Below the pieces are notes generated by a model. That model did not search any database. It saw only the letters and a program-made list of their open reading frames with translations, and had not been told where the DNA came from. A DNA stretch of 63,956 nt, the filler included, from Octopus bimaculoides (taxonomy: Eukaryota), in assembly GCF_001194135.2 (NCBI RefSeq). It is 6 parts of 4 records of this genome, joined end to end, with 100 filler letters (N's around TTAATTAATTAA, not from the genome) between each part and the next. Parts side by side here need not be neighbours in the genome. Positions count along the whole stretch, not along the records: positions 1 to 14,278 come from NC_069008.1; 5 more parts are not named here. One strand, given 5' to 3'. The translations under genes were made by a program, and so were the position numbers. How positions within the stretch are numbered: position 1 is the stretch's first letter; each line of letters starts with the position of its first letter. Of this stretch, positions 1 to 11,192 are shown piece after piece.

Positions 1-32
<32 letters not shown>

Positions 33-38
33 TATACA

Positions 39-81
<43 letters not shown>

Positions 82-114
82 GTATATGTATATATGTATA
101 TATATATGTATATG

Positions 115-150
<36 letters not shown>
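1..150. repeat. (TA)n/(TATG)n microsatellite
   Basis: Direct inspection. Confidence 0.95.
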
Positions 151-244
151 TACGACGGGCTTCTTTCAGTTTCTGTCTATCAAATCCACTCAAAAGGAGG
201 CTATAGTAGAAGACACTTGTCCAAGGTGCCACGCAGTGAGACTG
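151..244 (-). mobile_element. tRNA-derived SINE family A, fragment
   Basis: Matches the core gggcttctttcagtttccgtctaccaaatccactcacaagg...gctatagtagaagacacttgcccaaggtgccacgcagtg seen in more than 10 copies in this window. Confidence 0.85.
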
Positions 245-1074
245 CACTCGGATGCAAACGTTTGTGTACGTAGGGATGTGTGTGTGTGTGGGGGAGTGTT
301 AAACGTCTGCGCACGTGCTGGGACACCGTTCAGCGTGTTGGGGGTATGTGTGTGTGGGTGTATGTATGCGCGTATGGATGGTATGCATCTATGCATGTAT
401 ACGCATGCATGTGTATGTATATATGTGTGTGTGTGTGTGTCTATACATACAGATGTGCACACACGTTGACATACAAACGCACACGCACGGACCTAGATAC
501 ACGCTCGCACATACACCCGGGGACACAACTATGCATCTCCCGTGGGTAGGTCTAGGTATGCGCATGTTGTGTGTATACATGTGTGTGTGTGTGTGTGTGC
601 GTGCACGTGATTCTGTGTGTGCACGTGCGTGTAGTGTATATAAGCGTATATACATGCAGTAACGTCGGCGATGAACGTCAACAACCATGGTGATGGTGAT
701 GATGATGATGATGATGGTGACGACGACGATGAAGGTGGAGGGGGAGGGGTGACGGATACAATTGCATTTGCTGCAACAATGTTTCGGCGCCAACCTCACC
801 ACCACCACCACCGCCATCAGCTGCACCATCAGCGGCAGCAGTCGTAGCGTTTAATCAACACGATGGAGAACTGGAGCCTCCCTCCGACCGCTGCAATAAC
901 CAGAAACAGCAGCTAAAGTCTCCCTCACACTCTTACCGCATCGTCTGAGAAAACCGAAAAGAAAAGGCCAAATTTACGTTATGTTAACAACTGCCAGTGA
1001 TGGTCGCGGCCGGAGCGCTATCGATTGCAGTTCTCTATCAGGGCTGACCTGGAACTAAACAACAACAGTAGCCT

Positions 1075-1950
1075 CATTCTGGTGACTAGATCTGGTAGAA
1101 ATAGCAGCCAAATCTTCCTCAAATCACATTCTACTTTCATGTATGTATATTAAGAGCCAGCGATGCAGACCCCCTACATGGTACCTAGATTTGTTAGAAA
1201 TAGCAGCCAAATCTGTCTCCAATCACACCTTACTGTTTTCTTGTATATATGTATGTGTGACTCAATAAGGGAGACTGCTACATGGTATCTAGATCTGTTA
1301 GAAATAACAGCCAAATATCCCTCAAATTACACTGCTGTCTTATGTACACACACACACGCACGCATATACATACACATGTGTGTGTATCTATATGCATGAG
1401 CCAATAAAGGAAACCTCTACATGGTAACTAAATCTACTAGAAATAGTAGCCAGATTCCCAATCTCGCTCAAATCGCAGTCACCTGTCTTGTGTATGTATC
1501 ATATATATGACACGAGAGGAAGAATCTTGCATGGTAACTTGAACGGGTAGAAATAGCAGCCAAATCTCTCTCAAATCGTACTCTGCCGTTGTATGTATGT
1601 ACATATGATTGAGCCAAAGAGGGAGACCTCTACGTGATACCCTATAACCTCGTAGAAATAGCCGTCTAACATTCCCCCAACCACAACAACAGTTCATATT
1701 GTCGTATGCATATACACATATATACATAAAATAGTATGTATGTATTGGTGCGTTAGCAGTTACCAAACTAGTATGTATGTATGTATGAGTCAATGAGGGA
1801 GACCTCGACATCGTAGCTAGGCCTGCTAGAAACAGCACCCGAATCTCCAGCAAATCGCATCCCGTTGTCTTGTGTTTTCATGTGTGTGTGTGTGAGGTTC
1901 AACGAAGGGGACTGCTCCACATCGTAGCTAGACACGACAGAAAGATAACA
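1075..1950 (+). repeat. Diverged tandem array of 7-8 units (about 100-170 bp period) with core ctacatggtaactagatctgntagaaatagcagccaaatc and microsatellite-like spacers
   Basis: The core tagaaatagcagcc or a variant recurs at about 1096, 1195, 1299, 1438, 1548, 1653, 1827 and, degenerate, 1941. Confidence 0.85.
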
Positions 1951-2054
1951 AGTGTCGTTCGAGAAAAAGGGCCATTGAAGTACGAGGCGCTGGATTCTCG
2001 GCACATCACCAGAAAAAACCAAAAAACCAAAAAAAATGGAAAATACACAACGGC

Positions 2055-2085
<31 letters not shown>

Positions 2086-2855
2086 AGTGCAGCAACGCCA
2101 TTGAGGACATCCTGTGAACGAAAGAAAACTCTCACACCCCTCTCTTTCTTTTTTTCTCTCCCCCTCCACCTCAACCTCGTTGCCTGCNNNNNNNNNNNNN
2201 NNNNNNNNNNNNNNNNNNNNNNNNNNNNNNNNNNNNNNNNNNNNNNNNNNNNNNNNNNNNNNNNNNNNNNNNNNNNNNNNNNNNNNNNNNNNNNCTTACA
2301 CACACACACGTATATTCGCGCATGCCGTCACGCCCACAACCACGCCGTTACCCACACCCTTCCCACCGCACGCAGACAACAACAGACACGCCCATTTTCC
2401 TCCGTCTCGTCCTCCTCCTCCACCCCCGGCTTTCTCCTACTATTACTCCCACGATAAGTCAGTTCCAAACAACAATATCTCACAGTTACTACTATTAAAT
2501 CACATGGCAACGCGTGTGTGTGTGTGTGTGTGTATGTGTGTGTGCGCGTGTGCGCGTTACTGCTTGGACTCTCTCAATGGCATCCAGTGGCTTCCTGCGC
2601 ACGTTGGCTTTTCATATTTATATATCAATATGTTTATATTTCTATATGCATACATCTATACTATATCTATCTATCTATCTATATGTATATATATATATGT
2701 GTATATATATATATATATGTGTATATATGTATATATATGTATATATATATATATGTATATATATATGTGTGTGTATATGTATATATATATATGTGTATAT
2801 ATATATATGTGTGTATATATATGTGTGTATATATATATGTGTATATATATATGTG

Positions 2856-2891
<36 letters not shown>

Positions 2892-3147
2892 AGAGAGAGA
2901 GAGAGAGATAATGTGTGTGAGTGTGTGTGTATCAAACTATAAAAAAACGGCACACACAGAGAAATAAAGAACTCAATCCAGGTGCGGTGTAAAGCAGGAA
3001 TCTATATTAAGAGAAATCGTAGGATTGCTTCACTCGTAGTCCATCATTTAGTTGGCAGCCAGCATCAGCTCATCACGCACTTCATAATACATACACACAC
3101 ACTTACACATATTCTGAATTTATGTGAATGTGTAAAGAATGATTTAT

Positions 3148-3584
3148 CAGTTGAATCAAGTTAAAACATGGTTTGGTTTTCACGTTTTTTATTATGGTAT
3201 TTTAACATTAAAAAAGAAGTATTTCGTAATGTTCATAAAGTTCAATTAGTGCTTTCATACATTTGTCGTAATCATCAGATTTCAAACGTATTTAACCGAC
3301 CGTTGAATGCTTGACAACCGTAGAACCTCTTAAAACGCTCCAACAAGCTGAATTTTGGGAATATGGTTTTCACCAATTCGCATGCAGCTTGTCGGAGCGT
3401 TCTAAGAGGTTCTACGGTTGTCAAGCATTCAACTGTCGGTTAAATACGTTTGAAATCTGATGATTACTACAAACGTATGAAAGCACTAATTGAACTTTAT
3501 AAACATTGCAAAATATATTTTTAATGTTAAAATACCATAATGAAAAACGTAAAAACCAAACCATGTTTTAACTTGATTCAACTG
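3148..3584. mobile_element. Foldback MITE: about 200-bp inverted arms around a 34-nt loop, possible TA target duplication
   Basis: 3148-3350 (cagttgaatcaagttaaaacatggtttgg...aacgctccaacaagctg) is the near-perfect reverse complement of 3385-3584. Confidence 0.9.
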
Positions 3585-3664
<80 letters not shown>

Positions 3665-3683
3665 CTATATATATGTATATACA

Positions 3684-3834
3684 TACGATGGGATTCTTTC
3701 AGTTTCCGTCTACCAAATCCACCCACAAAGCTTTGGTCAGCCCGAGGCTATAGTAGAAGACACATGTGTGGCACCGAACCCGGAACCATGTGGTTGGGAA
3801 GCAAGCTTCTTACCTCACAGCCCTCCTGCGCCTG
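3684..3834 (-). mobile_element. SINE family A, 5' half
   Basis: Reverse complement of the tRNA-like head plus the family core. Confidence 0.85.
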
Positions 3835-4129
3835 TTTATATACGAGAAAATAGAATTATAAAGGGATAAACGACGATCTGATGAAGCTACACTGCATATT
3901 AGAGGCTCTGATGAAGCTATAAACGTGTTACATAGACACTCAACTATGAAACCACTGCATTTTAAAGCGGAAACAGCTGTAAATTAATTGATTTCATTAC
4001 ATTATTGCTTATTCCTTTGTCATCTCAATTTTCTTATTCTTGCTCTATACTCATCCTACACTTTGTTCTGAAGCGTACGTATATTGAGTCCTACAACAGA
4101 TTATTAGTCTTGCAATGCCCAAGCGTAGC

Positions 4130-4160
<31 letters not shown>

Positions 4161-4167
4161 TATATAT

Positions 4168-4282
4168 ATGAGGAGGTGCTGAGAAGTTCCTGGTTATAAG
4201 GGACTCGCAAAAGACCTGTTTGGGAGCCTAACCATCCTAGTCCTTTTTACAGGGCTTAGAAACAGTGAAGGATCGCTGATCC
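4168..4282 (+). mobile_element. Mariner-like remnant (TIR-like end plus transposase C-terminal codons)
   Basis: tatgaggaggtgctgagaagttcctgg resembles mariner TIRs and follows (TA)n. The downstream translation FLQGLETVKDR resembles mariner C-termini. Confidence 0.45.
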
Positions 4283-4429
4283 TTCTGTATTTTCTTTTAC
4301 CCTAAGCCTGCAACTTCCCAATAATATATAAACAGTACCGTGCAAAAGTCTTCGGCCACTTTAAACCATTGTAAATTTCTACTAATTGCCAACTTATAAG
4401 TTGTGATTGGTGGGGGAACAAACACACAC

Positions 4430-4657
4430 GTTTGTGTGTTTGTGTTTATGTTTCGTCCCCATCACGGCTTGACAACCGGTGTTGGTGTGTTTACGTCTCC
4501 GTAACTTAGCGGTTCGGCAAAAACTCTCCGGATAGACTAAGTACCAGGCTTAAGAGAAGTAAGTCCTGACGTTGACTTGCTCGACTAAAGACTCTGCAAG
4601 GCGGTGCTCCAGCATGGCCGCAATCAAACGAATGAAACAAATACAAGAATAAAAGAA
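4430..4657 (+). mobile_element. SINE family A, 3' half
   Basis: gcttgacaaccggtgttggtgtgtttacgtctccgtaacttagcggttcggc...gcggtgctccagcatggccgc. Confidence 0.85.
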
Positions 4658-4694
4658 ATATAGATATTAGACGAACAAATCGACCCCAGGACTT

Positions 4695-5200
4695 ATTCTA
4701 TTAAAGCGCTTCTTCTGGTCGCCTTGTGAGCGCTTTTCCTTTTTGCAGCTCGCCAAAGAGCAATCTTTTTGGTAATCGATCGTCTGACATGCGAGCTACG
4801 TGCCCTGCCCAGCGAAGCTGAGATTGCATCAAGATGGTATGGATGCTGGGCAGTCTTTTTTGTATTGATAGTAAGGCCAAAGTTGTTACAGGCGCCAGAG
4901 AACAAGTCAACGCTGCGCTGCATGTTGGACTCAGTGGCAGCATTGAGAGCGGAGTCATCGGCGAACAGGGGGTCGTTGACGGTGTCTACTGAAACCTTGG
5001 TTTTTGCTTTGAGCCTCCCGATGTTGAAGATTGAACCGTCAGACCGGTACTTAATGTCAATGCCTATGTCTGTGTCCCTGAAAGCATCTGTTAGCATAGC
5101 TGAGAACGTAAGGCTGAGAACGTAAGGCTGAACAAGGTGGGAGCAAGGACACATCCTTGTTTCACTCCGTTGGAGACAGGGAATGGGTCAGAGATCTCTC
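4695..5200 (-). mobile_element. RTE-clade LINE reverse transcriptase fragment with an internal deletion
   Basis: PFPVSNGVKQGCVLAPTLFS...YRSDGSIFNIGRL...LFADDSAL...FGLTINTKKT is joined directly to the C-terminal QLRWAGHVARMSDDRLPKRLLFGEL. There is a 13-bp tandem duplication of ttacgttctcagc. Confidence 0.9.
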
Positions 5201-5244
5201 TGTTGTGTAATTTATTTGGATAAACAAATACATTTAAGCCAAAC

Positions 5245-5380
5245 TCCACGGTCTCCGCGTGGGGGGAGGCGCATAAATGTCATTGTGGTGCGGCAGTAGA
5301 TGCATTGGGTCTGCATCCATTATCTTGCAGTCTTAGCCCGCACGAATCCCTTCGGCACGCCACTCGGAGTGACTTAATCC
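5245..5380 (+). mobile_element. CRE-clade-like non-LTR retrotransposon C-terminal CCHC fragment, cut by a gap
   Basis: From 5272 it translates HKCHCGAAVDALGLHPLSCSLSPHESLRHATRSDLI, fitting the CxCG..D..G.H.L.C......RH...D.I pattern that precedes the RLE endonuclease in CRE-like elements. Confidence 0.65.
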
Positions 5381-6077
5381 NNNNNNNNNNNNNNNNNNNN
5401 NNNNNNNNNNNNNNNNNNNNNNNNNNNNNNNNNNNNNNNNNNNNNNNNNNNNNNNNNNNNNNNNNNNNNNNNNNNNNNNNNNNNNNNNNNNNNNNNNNNN
5501 NNNNNNNNNNNNNNNNNNNNNNNNNNNNNNNNNNNNNNNNNNNNNNNNNNNNNNNNNNNNNNNNNNNNNNNNNNNNNNNNNNNNNNNNNNNNNNNNNNNN
5601 NNNNNNNNNNNNNNNNNNNNNNNNNNNNNNNNNNNNNNNNNNNNNNNNNNNNNNNNNNNNNNNNNNNNNNNNNNNNNNNNNNNNNNNNNNNNNNNNNNNN
5701 NNNNNNNNNNNNNNNNNNNNNNNNNNNNNNNNNNNNNNNNNNNNNNNNNNNNNNNNNNNNNNNNNNNNNNNNNNNNNNNNNNNNNNNNNNNNNNNNNNNN
5801 NNNNNNNNNNNNNNNNNNNNNNNNNNNNNNNNNNNNNNNNNNNNNNNNNNNNNNNNNNNNNNNNNNNNNNNNNNNNNNNNNNNNNNNNNNNNNNNNNNNN
5901 NNNNNNNNNNNNNNNNNNNNNNNNNNNNNNNNNNNNNNNNNNNNNNNNNNNNNNNNNNNNNNNNNNNNNNNNNNNNNNNNNNNNNNNNNNNNNNNNNNNN
6001 NNNNNNNNNNNNNNNNNNNNNNNNNNNNNNNNNNNNNNNNNNNNNNNNNNNNNNNNNNNNNNNNNNNNNNNNNNNNN

Positions 6078-6127
<50 letters not shown>

Positions 6128-6372
6128 GGTAGGTAGGTAGGTAGGTAGAAGGCTTGACAGACATGGATTGATGGATAGATAGATATATAAACAGGTAGAT
6201 AGATATAGATTAACAGACAGACAAACAGATAGAGAGATAGGTATATAGCCAGTTAGACAGATCGATAGATTAAGAGGTTTGTAGATAAATAAACAAATGT
6301 ATACAATGTTAGGTAGGTATATTAAAAGTTATATATAGACAGAAAGATGAATAGTTACGTATAAAGTGGTAG

Positions 6373-6425
<53 letters not shown>

Positions 6426-6906
6426 AATGGATGGACAGATAGATAGATAGTGAGACAAAGCATCGTGTGTTGAAATGGTGGTGGAGGCGCACCGACCGCC
6501 CACCAATCAGGTAAGTGTATATAGACAGCCCGGTAAATCTAGAAATATGAATAGAAAAGCTGAGCGAATGAAAGAAGCAGGCGATAGGACAGACACGGCA
6601 GAGGACTGGCAACTCGTCCACCGACAGAGTAAAACTCTATACAGAAGAAGCACACACACACACACCTGCACACATGTGCATACTGTTACTCACGCATACT
6701 TATGCACAATCATACATGCATCCCATCACACATGCACTTTTTGTCGAAAAATAATGATGATGACGATGAATTTTAATTGCCAGGGGAGCAAAGGGGAAGC
6801 GGGGAAGGGTTTTGCTCTCACGACGACGTTTCAATTCGATTAGGAGTTTATGAAGAAAGTTGAGGAGACAGAAAAGGAAGTAAGGGTGAAATGCAATAAA
6901 ATTATA

Positions 6907-7252
6907 CACAGTATGGTTCTGGGTTCAGTCCCACTGCATGGTACCTTGGGCAAGCGTCTTCTATTATAGCTTCGGGCCGACCAAAGCCTCGTGAGTCGAT
7001 TTGGAAGACGGAAACTGAAAGAAGCCCGTCGTATACATATGTGTGTGTGTGTGTATCTATATTTGTCCTACCATTTGACAACCGCTGTTGATGTGTTTAT
7101 GTCCCCCATAACTTAACGGTTCGGTAAAAGAGATCGATAGAATAAGTACCAGGTTTTTAAAAAAAAGTACTTGGGGGTCATACATTCGATTATAAATACT
7201 TCAAGGTGGTGCCCCAGCATGGCCACAGTCTAATGATTGAAAGAAGTAAATA
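6907..7252 (+). mobile_element. SINE family A, nearly full length
   Basis: B-box ggttcagtccc, core, internal (TG)n, and 3' half ending ccccagcatggccacagtc. Confidence 0.9.
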
Positions 7253-7673
7253 AGGGGAAAGATAAAATTACGCACTGTCCACAAAAAATGTGAACAGGAG
7301 GGATTCAGTCCTTCTGTCACGGAGAAACTCTATCTAGGGCCGATCCAGGATTACTCTGACCATCAAAGACACAAGGCTTCACCCAACTCGGGTTCTCCAA
7401 TCCCTAACTGCATGCTTAGAGGAGATCCAATCACCTGAGCGATTATTCCGACAGTCGACAACCTTTTCACGCATCCCCAAGAGGAGGGCACTTTCCGTTG
7501 AACCCCCTCTTCCTTTGAAACTTCGATGAGGGCTTGGCCGAAGAAAAAGGTGTCTCCCCAATCCTTTCGGTCTCGTTCAACTCTTTCGAGATCGCCAACT
7601 GACAGAGGAACACCGTCTGTCCGGAGTCGCTGAAGCTCAAATCACAATATATCGTAGACACGCGCGGATAAGT

Positions 7674-8035
7674 GGAGGCGCAATGGCCCAGTGGTTAGGG
7701 CAGCGGACACGCGGTCATAGAATCGCGGTTTCGAGGGTTTATTGAGCGAAAACACCTAAAAGCTCCATGAGGCTCCGGCAGGGGATGGTGGCGAACCCTG
7801 CTGTACTCTTCCACCACGACTTTCTCTCACTCTTACTTCCTCTTTCTGTTGTGCCTGTAATTCAAAGGATCAGCCTTGTCACACTGTGTCACGCTGAATA
7901 TCCCCGAGAACTACGTTAAGGGTACACGTGTCTGTGGAGTGCTCAGCCACTTGCACGTTAATTCCACGAGCAGGCTGTTCCGTTGATCGGATCAACTGGA
8001 ACCTTCGACGTCGTAAGCGACGGAGTGCCAACAAC
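7674..8035 (+). mobile_element. tRNA-derived SINE family B with a 12-bp TSD
   Basis: Head ggaggcgcaatggcccagtggttagggcagcgg has an A-box and the tail is ggagtgccaacaac. It is flanked by gcgcggataagt (7662-7673) and gcgcggataggt (8036-8047), and is homologous to 45229-45586. Confidence 0.92.
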
Positions 8036-8424
8036 GCGCGGATAGGTCTCACTTGTTTTTTTACAAAACACTTCGACAAAAATCTTGGGTGTGACTTCCC
8101 GTCACCGCAGGGATCTGACGGAGACGGCAGCGTATCAGTAGGGGTCGAGTTCCTTTATCAATTAAACTAATTTCATAAAACCACTTCTGCAAAAATGTTT
8201 TAAAATAATATTTGTAAGCAATGTTTCGAAATAAAGGTAAATATTTTGATAACATTTAACAAATATTAGTTATATTTACGTTATAAAGGGACCATTGAAA
8301 CTCCCCAGATTATAGTGCGACCTACCTGCGAGTCAGTCGCAAATACCTGCTTTGACAGCCCCAAACTAAGGGAGCGGCCTGTCCATTGGTGCGATCGCTC
8401 CGCGAGTCTCTACGGTAATATTAA

Positions 8425-9146
8425 CATTTATGGTTCCAAATTTTGACGTAAGGTCTGTAATTTTAAGAGTCGTGTTCAGTGAAATATATCGACTCCCAAT
8501 GCTCAACTGGTACTTATTTTATCGATCACACCAGGATGAAAGGCAAAGTCGACCACGGACGAGTTTTGAACTAAGAAAATAAAGCCGGATGAAGCACCGC
8601 TAAGGATTTTTGTCCGTAGAGCTAACGATTGTCAGCCCGTCGCCTTAATAATAATAATAATAATAATAATCCTTTCTACTATAGGCACAAGGCCTGGAAT
8701 TTGTGGGGAGAGGGATCATGGATTACAACGAGCCCAGTACTTGACTGGTACTTAATTTATCGACCTCGAAAGGACAAACGACCCAGTCGGGCACAGACGA
8801 TTTTGAACAGAAAACGTAAGGACGGATGAGATGTCGCTAAGTATTTCGTCCGGCGTGCTAAAGATTCTGCCAGCAGCACGCCGCCCAAGTAGCAGTAGTA
8901 GCAGTAACCGTGTCTACTATAGGTACATATTTCGACTTATCCTCTCCATACATATTTCAGGTGTAGGACCGAAGTATGTATGGAGAGGATAAGTCGATTA
9001 CATGGAAATGCAGGACTTGATTGCTCTTGTTTCATTGGTCCCGAAAGAATGAAAGGCAAGGTCGACCTCGGCCGAATTTGAACTCGGAAAGAAAGGTCGC
9101 TGAGCATTTCGTCGGATGTGCTTTCGATTGTGACAATCCACTGCCA
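8425..9146 (-). mobile_element. Three head-to-tail copies of SINE family C (central domain resembles the Meta/MESC SINE domain)
   Basis: Copies at about 8425-8644, 8665-8885 and 8910-9146 share the minus-strand head ggcgagctggcagaatcgttagc and the central gcctttcatcctt...gtcgataaa.taagtaccag. Confidence 0.8.
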
Positions 9147-9471
9147 TAATCAACGTTAACCGTAATAAAGACGAGTCGGACACCAACTGCTCGTCGTCGT
9201 CGTACGCATGCATGTGTATGTACAAACACATCGAGAGTAACGTATAGCACACACACACACACATAATCTCACGCAGAGAGCTGGAAAGATCGATAGATAG
9301 ATAGATAGACAGATAGAAAGACAGAGATAGATAAGTAGGTAGGGAGAAGGGTAGATGGGAGATAGATTATCAGATAGATAGATAAACATATATATGCGTG
9401 TATGTATATATATATGCAAACACTTATGAACATGCACATATATTTATATATAAGCACATACATATTTGCAT

Positions 9472-9516
<45 letters not shown>

Positions 9517-10207
9517 CATATATACGAACATAAGCATAATTGCATTTATGTGTGTGTGTGTGTGTGTGTGTCTAAACATACGCATATGTAAACACACATG
9601 TATAAACACGCACATGTGGATATATACACATACCTACATAAGCGTATACATATATGTATATATATATACACACACACACACATATGCATACACACACACA
9701 CATAGGCACGCATACTCATATNNNNNNNNNNNNNNNNNNNNNNNNNNNNNNNNNNNNNNNNNNNNNNNNNNNNNNNNNNNNNNNNNNNNNNNNNNNNNNN
9801 NNNNNNNNNNNNNNNNNNNNNNNNNNNNNNNNNNNNNNNNNNNNNNNNNNNNNNNNNNNNNNNNNNNNNNNNNNNNNNNNNNNNNNNNNNNNNNNNNNNN
9901 NNNNNNNNNNNNNNNNNNNNNNNNNNNNNNNNNNNNNNNNNNNNNNNNNNNNNNNNNNNNNNNNNNNNNNNNNNNNNNNNNNNNNNNNNNNNNNNNNNNN
10001 NNNNNNNNNNNNNNNNNNNNNNNNNNNNNNNNNNNNNNNNNNNNNNNNNNNNNNNNNNNNNNNNNNNNNNNNNNNNNNNNNNNNNNNNNNNNNNNNNNNN
10101 NNNNNNNNNNNNNNNNNNNNNNNNNNNNNNNNNNNNNNNNNNNNNNNNNNNNNNNNNNNNNNNNNNNNNNNNNNNNNNNTATGTATATATATGTATGTAT
10201 ATATATG

Positions 10208-10254
<47 letters not shown>

Positions 10255-10273
10255 GTATGTATATATATGTATG

Positions 10274-10335
<62 letters not shown>

Positions 10336-10359
10336 TGTATGTATGTATATGTATGTATG

Positions 10360-10393
<34 letters not shown>

Positions 10394-10722
10394 TGTATGT
10401 ATGTATATGTATGTATATATGTATATGTATATATATATATGTATATATGTATATGTATATATATATATGTATATGTATGTATATATATATATGTATATGT
10501 ATGTATGTATATATATATGTATGTATATATATAAATATACATGAGAGAGATTCATAGAAGTACATACCTTTCTACATACACACACATATGTACACTCTTC
10601 AGACAGATAGATAGATAGATAGATAGATAGATAAATGCGAAAACAGTTTCATAGATTAGTACCTGACACGATACTAGAAAACTGTCGGTCATCATTTATC
10701 GTTGGGTGTATGTATGTAGGCA

Positions 10723-10776
<54 letters not shown>

Positions 10777-11192
10777 AATATACATATCACTTCATGGTAT
10801 ATGTACTCGTGTGTGTATGTCTGTCTGTCTGATATACCTATATCTATATACACGCGCACACAGATTAGTATACCCCTTTACGGGTATGTATACTTTTGTT
10901 ATGGGTTTTTGTGTTTATTTCTGTGTGTGTGTGTGTGTATGTATGTATGTACGTGTATGTATTGACATACTCGTACACGGACATATATGCGTACACATGT
11001 ACACACAGTCTTCCATAGATAGATATATATATACACACATATACAAATGGTTTGATGGAGAAGTGCAGAGCAAAATCTCCCCCAAATGAAGCTGTGAGGT
11101 GTCGGGGGGGGGGATGAGATGTGGTGTGAAAGAATAACATAGAACAACCAACAATAAATAATAGAAGCTGTGTCGGTCAGTTTTATACTCAC

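Noticed and set aside
1075-1950. CRISPR-like repeat-spacer appearance
   Set aside because: Eukaryotic context, strongly diverged repeats, low-complexity spacers of irregular length and no cas genes.
7310-7660. GC-richer unique-looking segment considered as a retroelement 5' UTR with an HDV-like ribozyme
   Set aside because: I could not assemble the nested double-pseudoknot pairings by eye; it needs a descriptor search and a repeat-library comparison.
7674-7735. tRNA gene candidates at SINE heads (also 45530-45586, 48629-48690, 50648-50675)
   Set aside because: A and B boxes are present but the sequences continue into SINE bodies with TSDs, and there is no complete cloverleaf.
9398-10585. 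Many overlapping YIYI/CVCV/HTHT ORFs, here and throughout the window
   Set aside because: Stop-free translations of dinucleotide and tetranucleotide microsatellites.
10915-11192. Continuation of the 162-aa ORF beyond CTING
   Set aside because: Read-through of the GTGAGT donor into the intron and microsatellites. The annotated start at 11403 is TTG, not ATG.
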